DNA of 64,000 nucleotides from Bdellovibrionales bacterium (GTDB lineage Bacteria; Bdellovibrionota; Bdellovibrionia; Bdellovibrionales; UBA1609): contig JALZUS010000018.1 in NCBI GenBank assembly GCA_023299885.1, positions 2,646 through 66,645 on the forward strand, written 5' to 3'. Positions within the stretch are counted from its first letter, which is position 1. Each line of letters starts with the position of its first letter. Below, in pieces: positions 1 through 9,189 of this stretch. The notes under the pieces are model-generated. The model was not told the DNA's origin. It ran no database searches and was given only the letters and a program-made list of their open reading frames with translations. The position numbers and the translations under genes were made by a program.

Positions 1-1791
1 TGGCATCTCAAACTGTTCAAAACATTTAGACCAAAAATATCTCTGGCCCTTAGCCTGCTCTCTAAACATTTTTTCACCTGAAATATAAATTGAGTTATTT
101 ATAGCTGCAATTTCTCTAGCAATAGAGTTTTCTTTATAATCTAAATCAATAACATACTTTGGAGACCATTTTTTAGGGATAACACTATTATAATTGCCCG
201 CCGCCCATATAAGCACATCGCAGCTCGACCTCTTTTTACTGCCAAGCCTTGGCTTAGCTTCTCTTGCCGAGTAATAAGAAGTTAAAACAGGCAAAACACT
301 TCTCATAGCTGTTAAGGTTCCACCGCCACCCCACACAACAATGCTTTTATTTTCTATATCTATATTTTTGAATAGGCTTTTTAAACCCTGCACATCAGTA
401 TTTTCACCATAGGTTTTTTTAGAAAAATATATGGTGTTTACGGATACTACTTTTTTTACAGTTTCAGATTTGTGGCTTAAAATTTCTAAGAATGTTTTTT
501 TATAAGGGCTAGTAATTGCCGCAGCCTTTAAGCCTATTTTTCTTAAAAAACTTAAGTCTTTAAATTCTACAGAAGATATTTTTAAAACCGGACAATCTTT
601 ATTATGAAAAAACTGTCGGTGCTCTAAGGGGGTATAGCTATGCTTTATGTTAGACCCTAAAATAGCAGCAAATTGTTTTGTTTGCTTAGGCCTCATCACA
701 AAGTCACTAACATAAGGCTGATCCAGGGCACTTCCATTATTTATTTTTGCAAAATTAATTTTCATTTGAGATTGCAACAAACGATACCACTCCCACCGAC
801 CATTAATAGATCTTGGCAATAGTGACCTACCTGTTTTATTTTCAGCCCACCAATCATGGTAAGTCTCTAAGTCTTTAAAGCTATTTACTTCTGGAGAGAC
901 TTTTAAATGATAATGATTTTGGTATTTATTAAGCCTACCCAAGCTTTCACTGATAGAACCTGAAATATTATGTAACGATAAAATATCAATATCTTTAGGG
1001 GGCTCGCCTAACTCTATAGCCCAATCTTTTTTTATAGTTTCTGGTAACTCGCCTTTAAACGATAAATCTCTATAACTAAAAAGTATTTTATCTTTTGGTA
1101 AAGTATTGATAGCTGTTTTAATTTGATCATCAGTTAATAAATCATCTCGCAATTCAAAAAAGCGCACTGGCCAATGTGACTTATCAGAATACCAATCCGT
1201 AAAATTTTTAAAATGTTGAGGTAAAAGTGTTATCGAAAAATTAGGCCCTCTAGATTCATTTTTTTTAAAGTAAAAGCTAATGAGCTCAGAAATATTACTT
1301 CCGGAAGAGAGCTGTCCAGATTCACCCTGCAAACCTTCTGGCAAAGTAATAACTTTATCGGCCCAATCTGTATATCTTTTTTCACGCTCTTCATAGCGCT
1401 CAAAATACTCTTGCAAAGAACTTACAGAAGCATCAAGCCTAGGCCTATTAGTAAAAATACGGCCTTCTTTATCTGAGTCTCTTCTTAAAAAAATAATTTT
1501 AGCATTTTCAGGGATTTCTCGGTTATAACCGGCACCAACAGCTATATAAAGACTGATATTATTGTGATTAGTATTTTTTATGACAGTAAATAAAGCTTTT
1601 CTTTCTTGCTCTCTAAAATAATTTTCAGAGTAATCATCAAATATTTGAGTGATCTTAAGGCCTGTTTGCTTTTCTATTTCTAAATCTAAATCTAAAAACT
1701 TTTTACTACTGTCTTCGCGGTAAAACTCTGAAAGTTGTTTTAAAAAAGATGTTTTACCTACACCCCTATGTCCTACAATTAAATAAATCAC
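1..1791 (-). CDS. Trifunctional fusion: shikimate kinase / type I 3-dehydroquinate dehydratase-like / shikimate 5-dehydrogenase (AroK-AroD-AroE); 3' end runs off the window
   Basis: Absent from the ORF track because it has no stop inside the window. My minus-strand translation from the GTG at 1791 stays open for 597 codons down to base 1. N-terminus has Walker A GHRGVGKTS (shikimate kinase). Middle region FFELRDD, LSLHNIS, HLKVSPEV and SALDQP aligns with type I dehydroquinase ELRxD, SHHDF, PKIALMP and APGQ. C-terminus has GSNIKHSYTPLEH, ITSPYK, GENTD and WGGGGT (AroE motifs). The GTG start overlaps the aroA stop (GTGA). Confidence 0.8.
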   Translation of the reverse strand, partial: MIYLIVGHRGVGKTSFLKQLSEFYREDSSKKFLDLDLEIEKQTGLKITQIFDDYSENYFREQERKALFTVIKNTNHNNISLYIAVGAGYNREIPENAKIIFLRRDSDKEGRIFTNRPRLDASVSSLQEYFERYEEREKRYTDWADKVITLPEGLQGESGQLSSGSNISELISFYFKKNESRGPNFSITLLPQHFKNFTDWYSDKSHWPVRFFELRDDLLTDDQIKTAINTLPKDKILFSYRDLSFKGELPETIKKDWAIELGEPPKDIDILSLHNISGSISESLGRLNKYQNHYHLKVSPEVNSFKDLETYHDWWAENKTGRSLLPRSINGRWEWYRLLQSQMKINFAKINNGSALDQPYVSDFVMRPKQTKQFAAILGSNIKHSYTPLEHRQFFHNKDCPVLKISSVEFKDLSFLRKIGLKAAAITSPYKKTFLEILSHKSETVKKVVSVNTIYFSKKTYGENTDVQGLKSLFKNIDIENKSIVVWGGGGTLTAMRSVLPVLTSYYSAREAKPRLGSKKRSSCDVLIWAAGNYNSVIPKKWSPKYVIDLDYKENSIAREIAAINNSIYISGEKMFREQAKGQRYFWSKCFEQFEMP

Positions 1792-2957
1792 TTTACGCCT
1801 ACGCAGTCCCAAAACTCCGGGAAGCTCTTATTAACCACATCTTTATCCACAATTTCTATGCGAGTACCCATGGCATTAAGTATCCCTGCTGCCATAGCCA
1901 TTCTATGATCTTTATCCGGATTAAAAACAAAACTATAATTAGACAGCTCTTTATCAGTAGACCCTTTTACAATAAAGCCATCCTCTTTAACTTCTACATC
2001 TCGGCCAATTTCCCTTAAAAGCTCAGCTGTTTTTAAAATTCGATTGGATTCTTTATAAGCTAAATGCTTTGCGCCATACAAATGACTTTCACCTTCAGCA
2101 AAAGCACATAAAACCCCTAGTACAGGAAACAAATCAGGTGACTGGCCAATATCAAAGGCAACAGCTTGAAGAGGGCTTTTAGAAACTGATAACACTTCGT
2201 CTTCTAAAGATATATCAACACCCATTAACTTAAGAATATCCACAAAGACTTTATCTGGCTGCAAGCTGTTTTCTGGAAAGCTTTTTAAACGACAGCTCCC
2301 ATGCAAAGCACCCAAAGCGGCTAAACTAAACATAGAGCTCATGTCTGGCTCCAAAGTATAGAAATGCTGCTGGGGTTTAGATTTTAAAATTGTATATTCA
2401 TTGCCTGATACTTTTATTTTCATACCCAGTTCTTTCACAAGACCTAGAGTCATATTTAAATAAGAATCAGAAACAGCTGATTTACTTTTATTAAAATGAA
2501 GATCAAAATCTAAATCCCAAGAGCTTAAGATAAGAGCCGACACAAATTGACTTGTTTTAGATGCATCTACATAAACAGCATCACCCATAGGCTTCCAACC
2601 ATTAGAATTAATTTTAAGGCTATTGCCAATAATAGCAGCCTCTACACCTAGCTGCCTTAATAATTTAACTAGGCCTTCTTGAGGCCTAGAAAAAAGCCTT
2701 TCACTACCCGTTAAAGTATATTGGCCTGGTACTCTCGACACCCTTAATGCTAAAAACCTTAAAGTTGTACCACCATCTCCGCAGTAAAACTCAGACTGAC
2801 CACCAATTAAATCTGATAAAGCTTTTTTAAGGTGAACTACATCTTCTGATCCAGAGGCACCCTGCACATAAAGTTCATTATTAAAGCTAGAAGCTATCAG
2901 CGCTCTATTTAACAAAGATTTAGAACTACTCAACTGACCTACAAAATTAAAACTCAT
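1788..2957 (-). CDS. aroA: 3-phosphoshikimate 1-carboxyvinyltransferase (EPSP synthase)
   Basis: 389-aa ORF with SSSKSLLNRALIAS near the N-terminus and KESNRI plus DHRMAMAAG near the C-terminus, all typical EPSP synthase motifs. The start overlaps the aroB stop (ATGA). Confidence 0.9.
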   Translation of the reverse strand: MSFNFVGQLSSSKSLLNRALIASSFNNELYVQGASGSEDVVHLKKALSDLIGGQSEFYCGDGGTTLRFLALRVSRVPGQYTLTGSERLFSRPQEGLVKLLRQLGVEAAIIGNSLKINSNGWKPMGDAVYVDASKTSQFVSALILSSWDLDFDLHFNKSKSAVSDSYLNMTLGLVKELGMKIKVSGNEYTILKSKPQQHFYTLEPDMSSMFSLAALGALHGSCRLKSFPENSLQPDKVFVDILKLMGVDISLEDEVLSVSKSPLQAVAFDIGQSPDLFPVLGVLCAFAEGESHLYGAKHLAYKESNRILKTAELLREIGRDVEVKEDGFIVKGSTDKELSNYSFVFNPDKDHRMAMAAGILNAMGTRIEIVDKDVVNKSFPEFWDCVGVK

Positions 2958-3958
2958 TTTTCAACCCAACCTTGGCGAATGGCCTCATCCATTATCTCGA
3001 CAAAACTTACTGGTTTGATTTCAGGCTTTAAGCTTTTATTAATAAATACAAAGTTAACCTCGTCATGGCTTACTTTTTTCTTGTCTTGTAGCAATAGATT
3101 TTTAAATAGGCCCTGAGCTAAAGGTAAAAGAGATTTTCCTTCTTCTGATTGTTGCATTGGTATTTTTCTCTCTAAAGCTTTTTTTTGAATTGATAAATCT
3201 ACATCAAATTTTTTCTCGCTCCATATTAAAGAGAAATGTAACCCCTGACCTACAGCCCACCCATGTGGTAGTCTATGCATAACTTCAAAAGCATGCCCAA
3301 GGGTATGACCCAAATTTAAAACTTGCCGGTCACCCAGCTTTTCATAAGGGTCTTTTTCAACCCATTTATATTTTTCTTCAACAAGTCCTGGAAGTTGCTC
3401 CCATAAATTTTTATCTGCATAAGTATCGATAGAAATTAAAAGCATTTTAAATGCCTCTCCCCAAGCCTGCCGTTTTAAGTTTTCGGGGTTTAACTCTAGC
3501 AACTCTTTAATGATTAGAATTTTTTCAGCTTTATAAAAACTACCTATTTGATTTTTGTAGCTACCACTATTTAAAGCCGTTTTACCACCATGTGATGAAT
3601 CTATAGCTGCTAGCCATGTTGTAGGTATGTGAATCAATGGCACGCCTCTTTTTAAGGTACTTGCTACAAACCCACCGAAATCACCAACAGTACCACCGCC
3701 CATAACTATAATTTTTGAATTTTTAAATGAAAGACTTTTAGAGGCTTCTAAAATTTTATCCATATGCTGTGGAAAAGAAGACAAATCCTTTAAAGACTCA
3801 CCGGCCTCTACAGCATAAGAGCAAGTGAAAGTATCAATAAATTGTTTTGCTTTATCAAAAGTCAGTAAGTGCTTATCGAAAATTAAAAAATGATCAGATA
3901 GTTCTTTTAGCTCGCTCAGTTGATTAATATAAAAAACATCTGAAACTAATGAGGACAT
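2954..3958 (-). CDS. aroB: 3-dehydroquinate synthase
   Basis: 334-aa ORF with the glycine-rich nucleotide loop GGGTVGDFGGFVAS and the metal-binding LNLGHTLGHAFE and HGWAV His motifs of the DHQ synthase family. Confidence 0.9.
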   Translation of the reverse strand: MSSLVSDVFYINQLSELKELSDHFLIFDKHLLTFDKAKQFIDTFTCSYAVEAGESLKDLSSFPQHMDKILEASKSLSFKNSKIIVMGGGTVGDFGGFVASTLKRGVPLIHIPTTWLAAIDSSHGGKTALNSGSYKNQIGSFYKAEKILIIKELLELNPENLKRQAWGEAFKMLLISIDTYADKNLWEQLPGLVEEKYKWVEKDPYEKLGDRQVLNLGHTLGHAFEVMHRLPHGWAVGQGLHFSLIWSEKKFDVDLSIQKKALERKIPMQQSEEGKSLLPLAQGLFKNLLLQDKKKVSHDEVNFVFINKSLKPEIKPVSFVEIMDEAIRQGWVEK

Positions 3959-3960
3959 AC

Positions 3961-4815
3961 TTAGTCACTGCCTCTTAATTTTGGATCAAGAGCATCTCTA
4001 AGCCCATCGCCCATTAAATTAAAACATAAAACTAAAACTAAAATACATAATCCAGGCATAGTAACTAACCAAGAGGCAGTCTCTAAATAGTCTTTAGAGT
4101 CTGTAAGCATAACGCCCCACTCAGGTGTTGGCGCCTGTGCGCCCATCCCTAAAAACCCTAGAGCGGCAACATTTAAAATACCATCACTAAAACCTAAAGA
4201 TGTTTGAACAATAATTGGAGCTAAGCAGTTAGGTAAAATATTAAGAACCGCTTTTCTAAAGTGACTTGCCCCAAAATTTGTATTGGCCATAACATATGAT
4301 TTTTGTTTTTCGGCCATAACAGCAGCACGGATAATCCTAATAAAGTTTGGCAAAGCAACAACACTCACAGCAATAATTCCGTTAATGAGTGATGGGCCTA
4401 ATAAAGCCACAATAACAATAGCTAATAAGATACTAGGCAATGACATAATGACATCAACTAACCTCATAATAAATGCATCTACTTTACCGCCAAAATAGCC
4501 AGCTGATACACCTAGCAACAAACCAAAAATAAGATCTAATACAACAACCATTAAGCCTACGCCAAAGGAAACTCGAGTCCCATAAATGAGGCGGCTTAAA
4601 AAGTCCCTACCTATATCATCAGTCCCTAGTAAATGTAGGTTTCCATTGGCAGCATAAGACATAGGCTGTAATTTATAGGCGTCTTCAAAAATTTCATTAG
4701 GACTATAAGGCGCCAGTAAAGGAGCAAAGATAGCCACAAATAAAAAGCAAATTAATAAAAACAAGGCTACTGTAGCCCCTTTATTTTTAGTGAAATTTTT
4801 AAAAAATGTTTTCAA
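3961..4815 (-). CDS. Dipeptide/oligopeptide ABC transporter permease (DppC/OppC-like)
   Basis: 284-aa polytopic membrane ORF. Has the LGTDDIGRDFLSRLIYG signature of the DppC/OppC N-terminal region. Lies directly downstream of the DppB-like permease. Confidence 0.85.
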   Translation of the reverse strand: MKTFFKNFTKNKGATVALFLLICFLFVAIFAPLLAPYSPNEIFEDAYKLQPMSYAANGNLHLLGTDDIGRDFLSRLIYGTRVSFGVGLMVVVLDLIFGLLLGVSAGYFGGKVDAFIMRLVDVIMSLPSILLAIVIVALLGPSLINGIIAVSVVALPNFIRIIRAAVMAEKQKSYVMANTNFGASHFRKAVLNILPNCLAPIIVQTSLGFSDGILNVAALGFLGMGAQAPTPEWGVMLTDSKDYLETASWLVTMPGLCILVLVLCFNLMGDGLRDALDPKLRGSD

Positions 4816-4857
4816 TATCTACTCCGGCACTTTAAGCCAACAACACAAAATAACAGT

Positions 4858-5874
4858 TTAAGTATTAGAATCTCTTAGCGTTGGATTCACAATAATATAA
4901 GTAATATCCACCATTAAATTTACAAAAATAATAACACAAGCAATTAATAAAATTGAACCTTGTACAATTGGATAGTCTCTCGCCTCTACAGCCGTCACTA
5001 ACCAACGCCCTATGCCCGGCCAAGAAAAAATTGTTTCAGTAAGAATAGCTCCAGTTAAAACAGCGCCTAATAATAAACCAATAACAGTCACAATTGGGAT
5101 CAACGCATTTCTTAAAGCATGAATTACAACAACTGCTTTTAAAGTTAAACCTTTTGATTTTGCAGTTCTAATATAATCTTCACCTAAAACTTCTAATAAA
5201 CTAGAACGGGTCATTCTTGCTATACTTGCAAGTGGCACAGTTGCCAAAACAAAGGCTGGTAAAATTAAATGATGGACTGCGCTTTTAAAAGCTAACCAAG
5301 GCTCGTCGCTAAACCAAGAGTCTATCAAAAGAAGACCTGTAACGCGATTAATGTCATACATAACACTAATCCTGCCAGAAACAGGCGTCCACCCCTTATT
5401 AACCGAGAAAAACATAATTAAAACGAGGGCCCACCAAAAGATAGGCATAGAGTAGCCTACTAAAGACGTCCCCATAAGCGTGTAGTCCCACGGCGTGTTT
5501 CGCTTTACAGCTGCAATAATCCCTATAGGTATACCTATCAAAATAGCAAGGAACATACCTAGGAACCCAAGCTCTATTGTCGCAGGAAATCTTGCAAAAA
5601 ATTCTTTAATTACAGGTTCTCTAGAAACAATAGAGTTTCCAAAGTCACCAGTCATAGCTTTACCAACAAATGAAAAATACTGTTGAATGACAGGTTTATC
5701 TAAACCTAAGTTGGCCTGCATTTCTAAATACATTTCTTCAGAAACACCACGCTCACCAAACATAGCCAAGATAGGATCACCAGGAACCAATCTTATAAAT
5801 GCAAAGGCAACTAAACTAACACCGAACAAAGTCGGTAAAGAAGCGATAAGCCTCTTTACAATTAATTTAAACAT
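4858..5874 (-). CDS. Dipeptide/oligopeptide ABC transporter permease (DppB/OppB-like)
   Basis: 338-aa polytopic ORF. The N-terminal KRL..LPTLFGVS..F..RLVPGDP pattern and the YIRTAKSKGL loop are typical of DppB/OppB permeases. Confidence 0.85.
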   Translation of the reverse strand: MFKLIVKRLIASLPTLFGVSLVAFAFIRLVPGDPILAMFGERGVSEEMYLEMQANLGLDKPVIQQYFSFVGKAMTGDFGNSIVSREPVIKEFFARFPATIELGFLGMFLAILIGIPIGIIAAVKRNTPWDYTLMGTSLVGYSMPIFWWALVLIMFFSVNKGWTPVSGRISVMYDINRVTGLLLIDSWFSDEPWLAFKSAVHHLILPAFVLATVPLASIARMTRSSLLEVLGEDYIRTAKSKGLTLKAVVVIHALRNALIPIVTVIGLLLGAVLTGAILTETIFSWPGIGRWLVTAVEARDYPIVQGSILLIACVIIFVNLMVDITYIIVNPTLRDSNT

Positions 5875-7460
5875 TATTGGATATCAACACCGTAAAAGAT
5901 ATCAGAACCAAATGGACTTTGCGTGTAACCAGTTACACCTTTTGCCATAGCTTTAAAAACTTTTGAATGAGCAATAGTAACCCAAGGCACCTGCTGTTTA
6001 AAAATAGCCTGAGCTTCTTTGTAATGCTTAGAGCGAAAACCAATATCAGTACTTACTTTTGCGCGCTCAACATGAAATTGGTATTTTTTATTACACCAAC
6101 GAGCATAGTTACTACCCGCTTTAACTGCAGCACATCCCAATAAAGTATTAAGGAAATTATCAGGATCACCATTGTCACCCGTCCAACCCAGCTGAAGCAT
6201 ATCATGCTCCCCTGCAGACGCCTTCTTTAAATACTCAGTCCACTTAAATGTTACTAGTTTTACTTTGATACCTACTTTAGCTAAATCAGCCTGCATCATT
6301 TCACCCATCTTTTTACCCGATGGGTTATATGGGCGGCTTACAGGTAAAGTCCAAATTGTTGTTTCAAAACCATTTTCTAATCCAGCTTTTTTTAATAACT
6401 TCTTTGCCTTTTCAGGATCAAAATCATAACCCTTAGTTGCTTTTTGGTAAGACCACATTGTCGGTGGTATTGGGTTCTTAGCTACTGTTGCATTGCCTAA
6501 GTAAATAGCCTTCATGTAAGCTTCTCTGTTAAGAGCATGATTAATAGCTTGCCTTACTAATACATTATCAAAAGGCTTCTTTTCAGTATTCATAGCGAGG
6601 TAACCTACGTTTAACCCTGGCTGACTAATTACTTTTAATTTTTTATTAGCTCTTATACTTGCAATATCTGTTACAGATGGTTCATTCACAAAGTGACACT
6701 CTCCTGCTTTAAGCTTTTGAGTTCTAACACTTTTATCTGTTGTAATACTGAAAATTAGGTTATCAATTTTTGCTTTACCTTCGTAGTAACCAACATGAGC
6801 TGTGTATCTAATAAGAGTATCTTTAACATACTTTTTAAATACAAAAGGGCCGGTTCCCACTGGAAGCATATCAATTTTTTCTTTTTGTTTTTTAGCCGCT
6901 AAATGGTCTCCGTACTCTGCTGATAAGATACTTGCAAAGTCCATTGCTAAGTTAGCCAAGAAAGGAGCCTCTGGGCGAGTTAGTATAAATTTAATTTTAT
7001 ACTCATCAAGCTTTTCTACTTTTGAAATAACTTTGCCCATGTCCATACTTCTGAAGTATTCATATGTACCACCGTTAACTAAATGGTATGGGTGGCTTTT
7101 ATCCATCATCCTGTTAAAAGAAAATAAAACATCGTCAGCATTAAATGTACGCTTAGGTGTATAGTTTTCTGTTGTGTGAAATTGAACACCTTTTCTTAAA
7201 TCAAAAGTAAATTCTTTACCATCTTTTGAAACAGTCCATTTAGTGGCTAAACCTGGGCTTACTTTTGTGCTCCCCTGTTTAAATTCTACAAGGCGGTTAT
7301 AGATTGTGCGCGAGCTTGCATTAAAAGTAGCTCCATCTGTACCTAACTGAGGATTAAAAATCTTTGGGCTAGCCTCAGAGCAATAAACAAAAGTTTTCTT
7401 TTTTGCTGCCGATAAATTAAAAGCCATAAATAAACTTATTAGAAAAGTTATTAAACGCAT
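5874..7460 (-). CDS. ABC transporter substrate-binding protein, family 5 (DppA/OppA-like)
   Basis: 528-aa ORF with a signal peptide (MRLITFLISLFMAFNLSAA). Length and sequence are typical of peptide/nickel-binding family 5 proteins. It is the first gene of the permease operon and overlaps the next gene by 1 nt. Confidence 0.85.
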   Translation of the reverse strand: MRLITFLISLFMAFNLSAAKKKTFVYCSEASPKIFNPQLGTDGATFNASSRTIYNRLVEFKQGSTKVSPGLATKWTVSKDGKEFTFDLRKGVQFHTTENYTPKRTFNADDVLFSFNRMMDKSHPYHLVNGGTYEYFRSMDMGKVISKVEKLDEYKIKFILTRPEAPFLANLAMDFASILSAEYGDHLAAKKQKEKIDMLPVGTGPFVFKKYVKDTLIRYTAHVGYYEGKAKIDNLIFSITTDKSVRTQKLKAGECHFVNEPSVTDIASIRANKKLKVISQPGLNVGYLAMNTEKKPFDNVLVRQAINHALNREAYMKAIYLGNATVAKNPIPPTMWSYQKATKGYDFDPEKAKKLLKKAGLENGFETTIWTLPVSRPYNPSGKKMGEMMQADLAKVGIKVKLVTFKWTEYLKKASAGEHDMLQLGWTGDNGDPDNFLNTLLGCAAVKAGSNYARWCNKKYQFHVERAKVSTDIGFRSKHYKEAQAIFKQQVPWVTIAHSKVFKAMAKGVTGYTQSPFGSDIFYGVDIQ

Positions 7461-7592
7461 TTTTTCTCCTTGTATAATAGCTAAATTTTTATTGGATGAT
7501 CATATCTATATAATGATGCTATGAGTAGCATCTCTATAAAATTTATAACCCTTAAATAGACCCATTATGGGTACGAAATATATTTAATAACC

Positions 7593-8273
7593 CTATAAAG
7601 ACCAGTCTATTGGGGTTTGAGTCTGTTTTTTTAAATACTGGTTTGCTTCTGAAAAGTGTTCACAACCCAAAAAGCCTCTATAGGCCGACAATGGTGACGG
7701 ATGCACAGACTCTAAGACCTTGTGCTTATCTCTATCGATATGCTTCCCCTTTTTTTGAGCATAAGCCCCCCAAAGCATAAATACTGTATTTTTTGTCTGC
7801 GTATTAATAATTTCAATTATCTTATCTGTGAAAGATTCCCATCCTTTTTTTTGGTGTGACCCTGCCTTATGAGCCTCTACAGTAAGAATAGAGTTTAGCA
7901 ATAACACACCTTGCTCAGCCCAAGCTGTTAAGTCCCCATGCTGAGGAGCCTTAAAACCTAGCTTTGATGATTCGAGCTCTTTATATATATTTCGTAAAGA
8001 TGGAGGTATTTTTATGCCTTTGGGTACTGAAAAACTCAAACCGTGGGCTTGGTTAGTATTATGATAAGGGTCTTGTCCCAATATAACGACCTTTACAGAA
8101 TCAGGGCTTACAAAGTTAAAAGCCCTAAAGAGGTCTTTTTTTGCAGGGAATATTTCTTTACCCTCCTTAAGCTCGCTATCCAAAAAATTCTGCAGAGAGA
8201 TAAAGTAATCTTTAGTTAGCTCTTCTTTTAAAAAAGGCTTCCAAGGCTTAGGGATTTGTTTTTTTAAGTCCAT
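7593..8273 (-). CDS. ung: Uracil-DNA glycosylase, family 1
   Basis: 226 aa with GQDPYH (water-activating loop), the GVLLLN region and the HPSPLSA Leu-intercalation loop. Confidence 0.92.
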   Translation of the reverse strand: MDLKKQIPKPWKPFLKEELTKDYFISLQNFLDSELKEGKEIFPAKKDLFRAFNFVSPDSVKVVILGQDPYHNTNQAHGLSFSVPKGIKIPPSLRNIYKELESSKLGFKAPQHGDLTAWAEQGVLLLNSILTVEAHKAGSHQKKGWESFTDKIIEIINTQTKNTVFMLWGAYAQKKGKHIDRDKHKVLESVHPSPLSAYRGFLGCEHFSEANQYLKKQTQTPIDWSL

Positions 8274-8310
8274 AAAAGAGAGATAAACATAGATATTAAA
8301 AGAAGAGAAT

Positions 8311-8343
8311 AGTATTAAATGCCTAGATTTTAGGCTTAATACT
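8311..8343. promoter_or_regulatory. Imperfect 13-bp-arm inverted repeat in the ung/lexA divergent promoter region (candidate operator or hairpin)
   Basis: AGTATTAA-AT-GCCTA-GATTT-TAGGC-TTAATACT read directly from the sequence. It lies 38-70 nt upstream of both start codons. Confidence 0.3.
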
Positions 8344-8380
8344 TAACAAGCACTTTACTTACACCTTTTTTACACGTATT

Positions 8381-9139
8381 TTGAACATTATGAACGAACA
8401 AGCACTCCCCCTTACCCCAAAAGAAAAAGATGTTTTAAAATTTATAGAAAGCTATTTTAGCAGTGAGGGCACATCGCCCACTTATACAGAGATTAAGTCT
8501 CATTTTGGATGGAACTCTTACAACTCTGTACAAAAATTTCTCAAACAACTTCAGAGAAAAAATTATATCTTTTTGCCTGGTGGTAACCAAAAAAGAGCCA
8601 TTCAACTTTTACAAGCTTCTGATAGCGTGCTTGCCGCTAGTCGAAATATCATAAGAGGTCATTTCGACAAAACAACTCATAGAAAAAACTTAAACAAACC
8701 AAGCGCTCTTAAACCTTTATCTACACAAAATGAAACAGCACCTATTGGAGAAATATTTAGCCTTCCGCTATTAGGAAGTGTTGCTGCTGGACAACCTATA
8801 GAGTCCTACCTCCATGATGAATTTATTGATGTGCCGGCTACATTAGTTAAAAACCCAAGTAAAAGCTATGCTTTAAAAGTGAGTGGAAGCTCTATGATTG
8901 GTGATGGCATATTTGATGGTGATTTTATTTTTGTACAAGAAAAAGATCATGCTTTTAACGGAGATATGATAGTCGCCATGGTTAATGGCGAAGCTACAGT
9001 TAAAAGGTATTACAAAAACATAGAAAAGCAGCTCATCGAGCTTAGGCCCTCTAACCCCAGCATGGACAGCATGTGGTTTGAAGCCTCAGAGGTTAAAATC
9101 ACTGGGCTTGTTGTAGGCCTTATGAGAAAGTTTTTTTAA
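8381..9139 (+). CDS. lexA: LexA repressor (S24 peptidase) with an unusually long linker
   Basis: N-terminal winged-helix region, cleavage site VAA-GQP, catalytic Ser in SGSSMIG and Lys in ATVKRY. The start may be the TTG at 8381 or the ATG at 8390. Confidence 0.9.
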   Translation: MNIMNEQALPLTPKEKDVLKFIESYFSSEGTSPTYTEIKSHFGWNSYNSVQKFLKQLQRKNYIFLPGGNQKRAIQLLQASDSVLAASRNIIRGHFDKTTHRKNLNKPSALKPLSTQNETAPIGEIFSLPLLGSVAAGQPIESYLHDEFIDVPATLVKNPSKSYALKVSGSSMIGDGIFDGDFIFVQEKDHAFNGDMIVAMVNGEATVKRYYKNIEKQLIELRPSNPSMDSMWFEASEVKITGLVVGLMRKFF

Positions 9140-9189
9140 AAGCTTAAATTTAATTGTCCCGACACTAAGACTCTGTTAACTCTAGCTTT

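Noticed and set aside
4283-7164. Plus-strand ORFs 4283-4498, 5495-5686, 5687-5950 and 6802-7164 inside the dpp genes
   Set aside because: They are antisense shadows of long, well-supported minus-strand genes. Their low-complexity translations have no motifs and no RBS.
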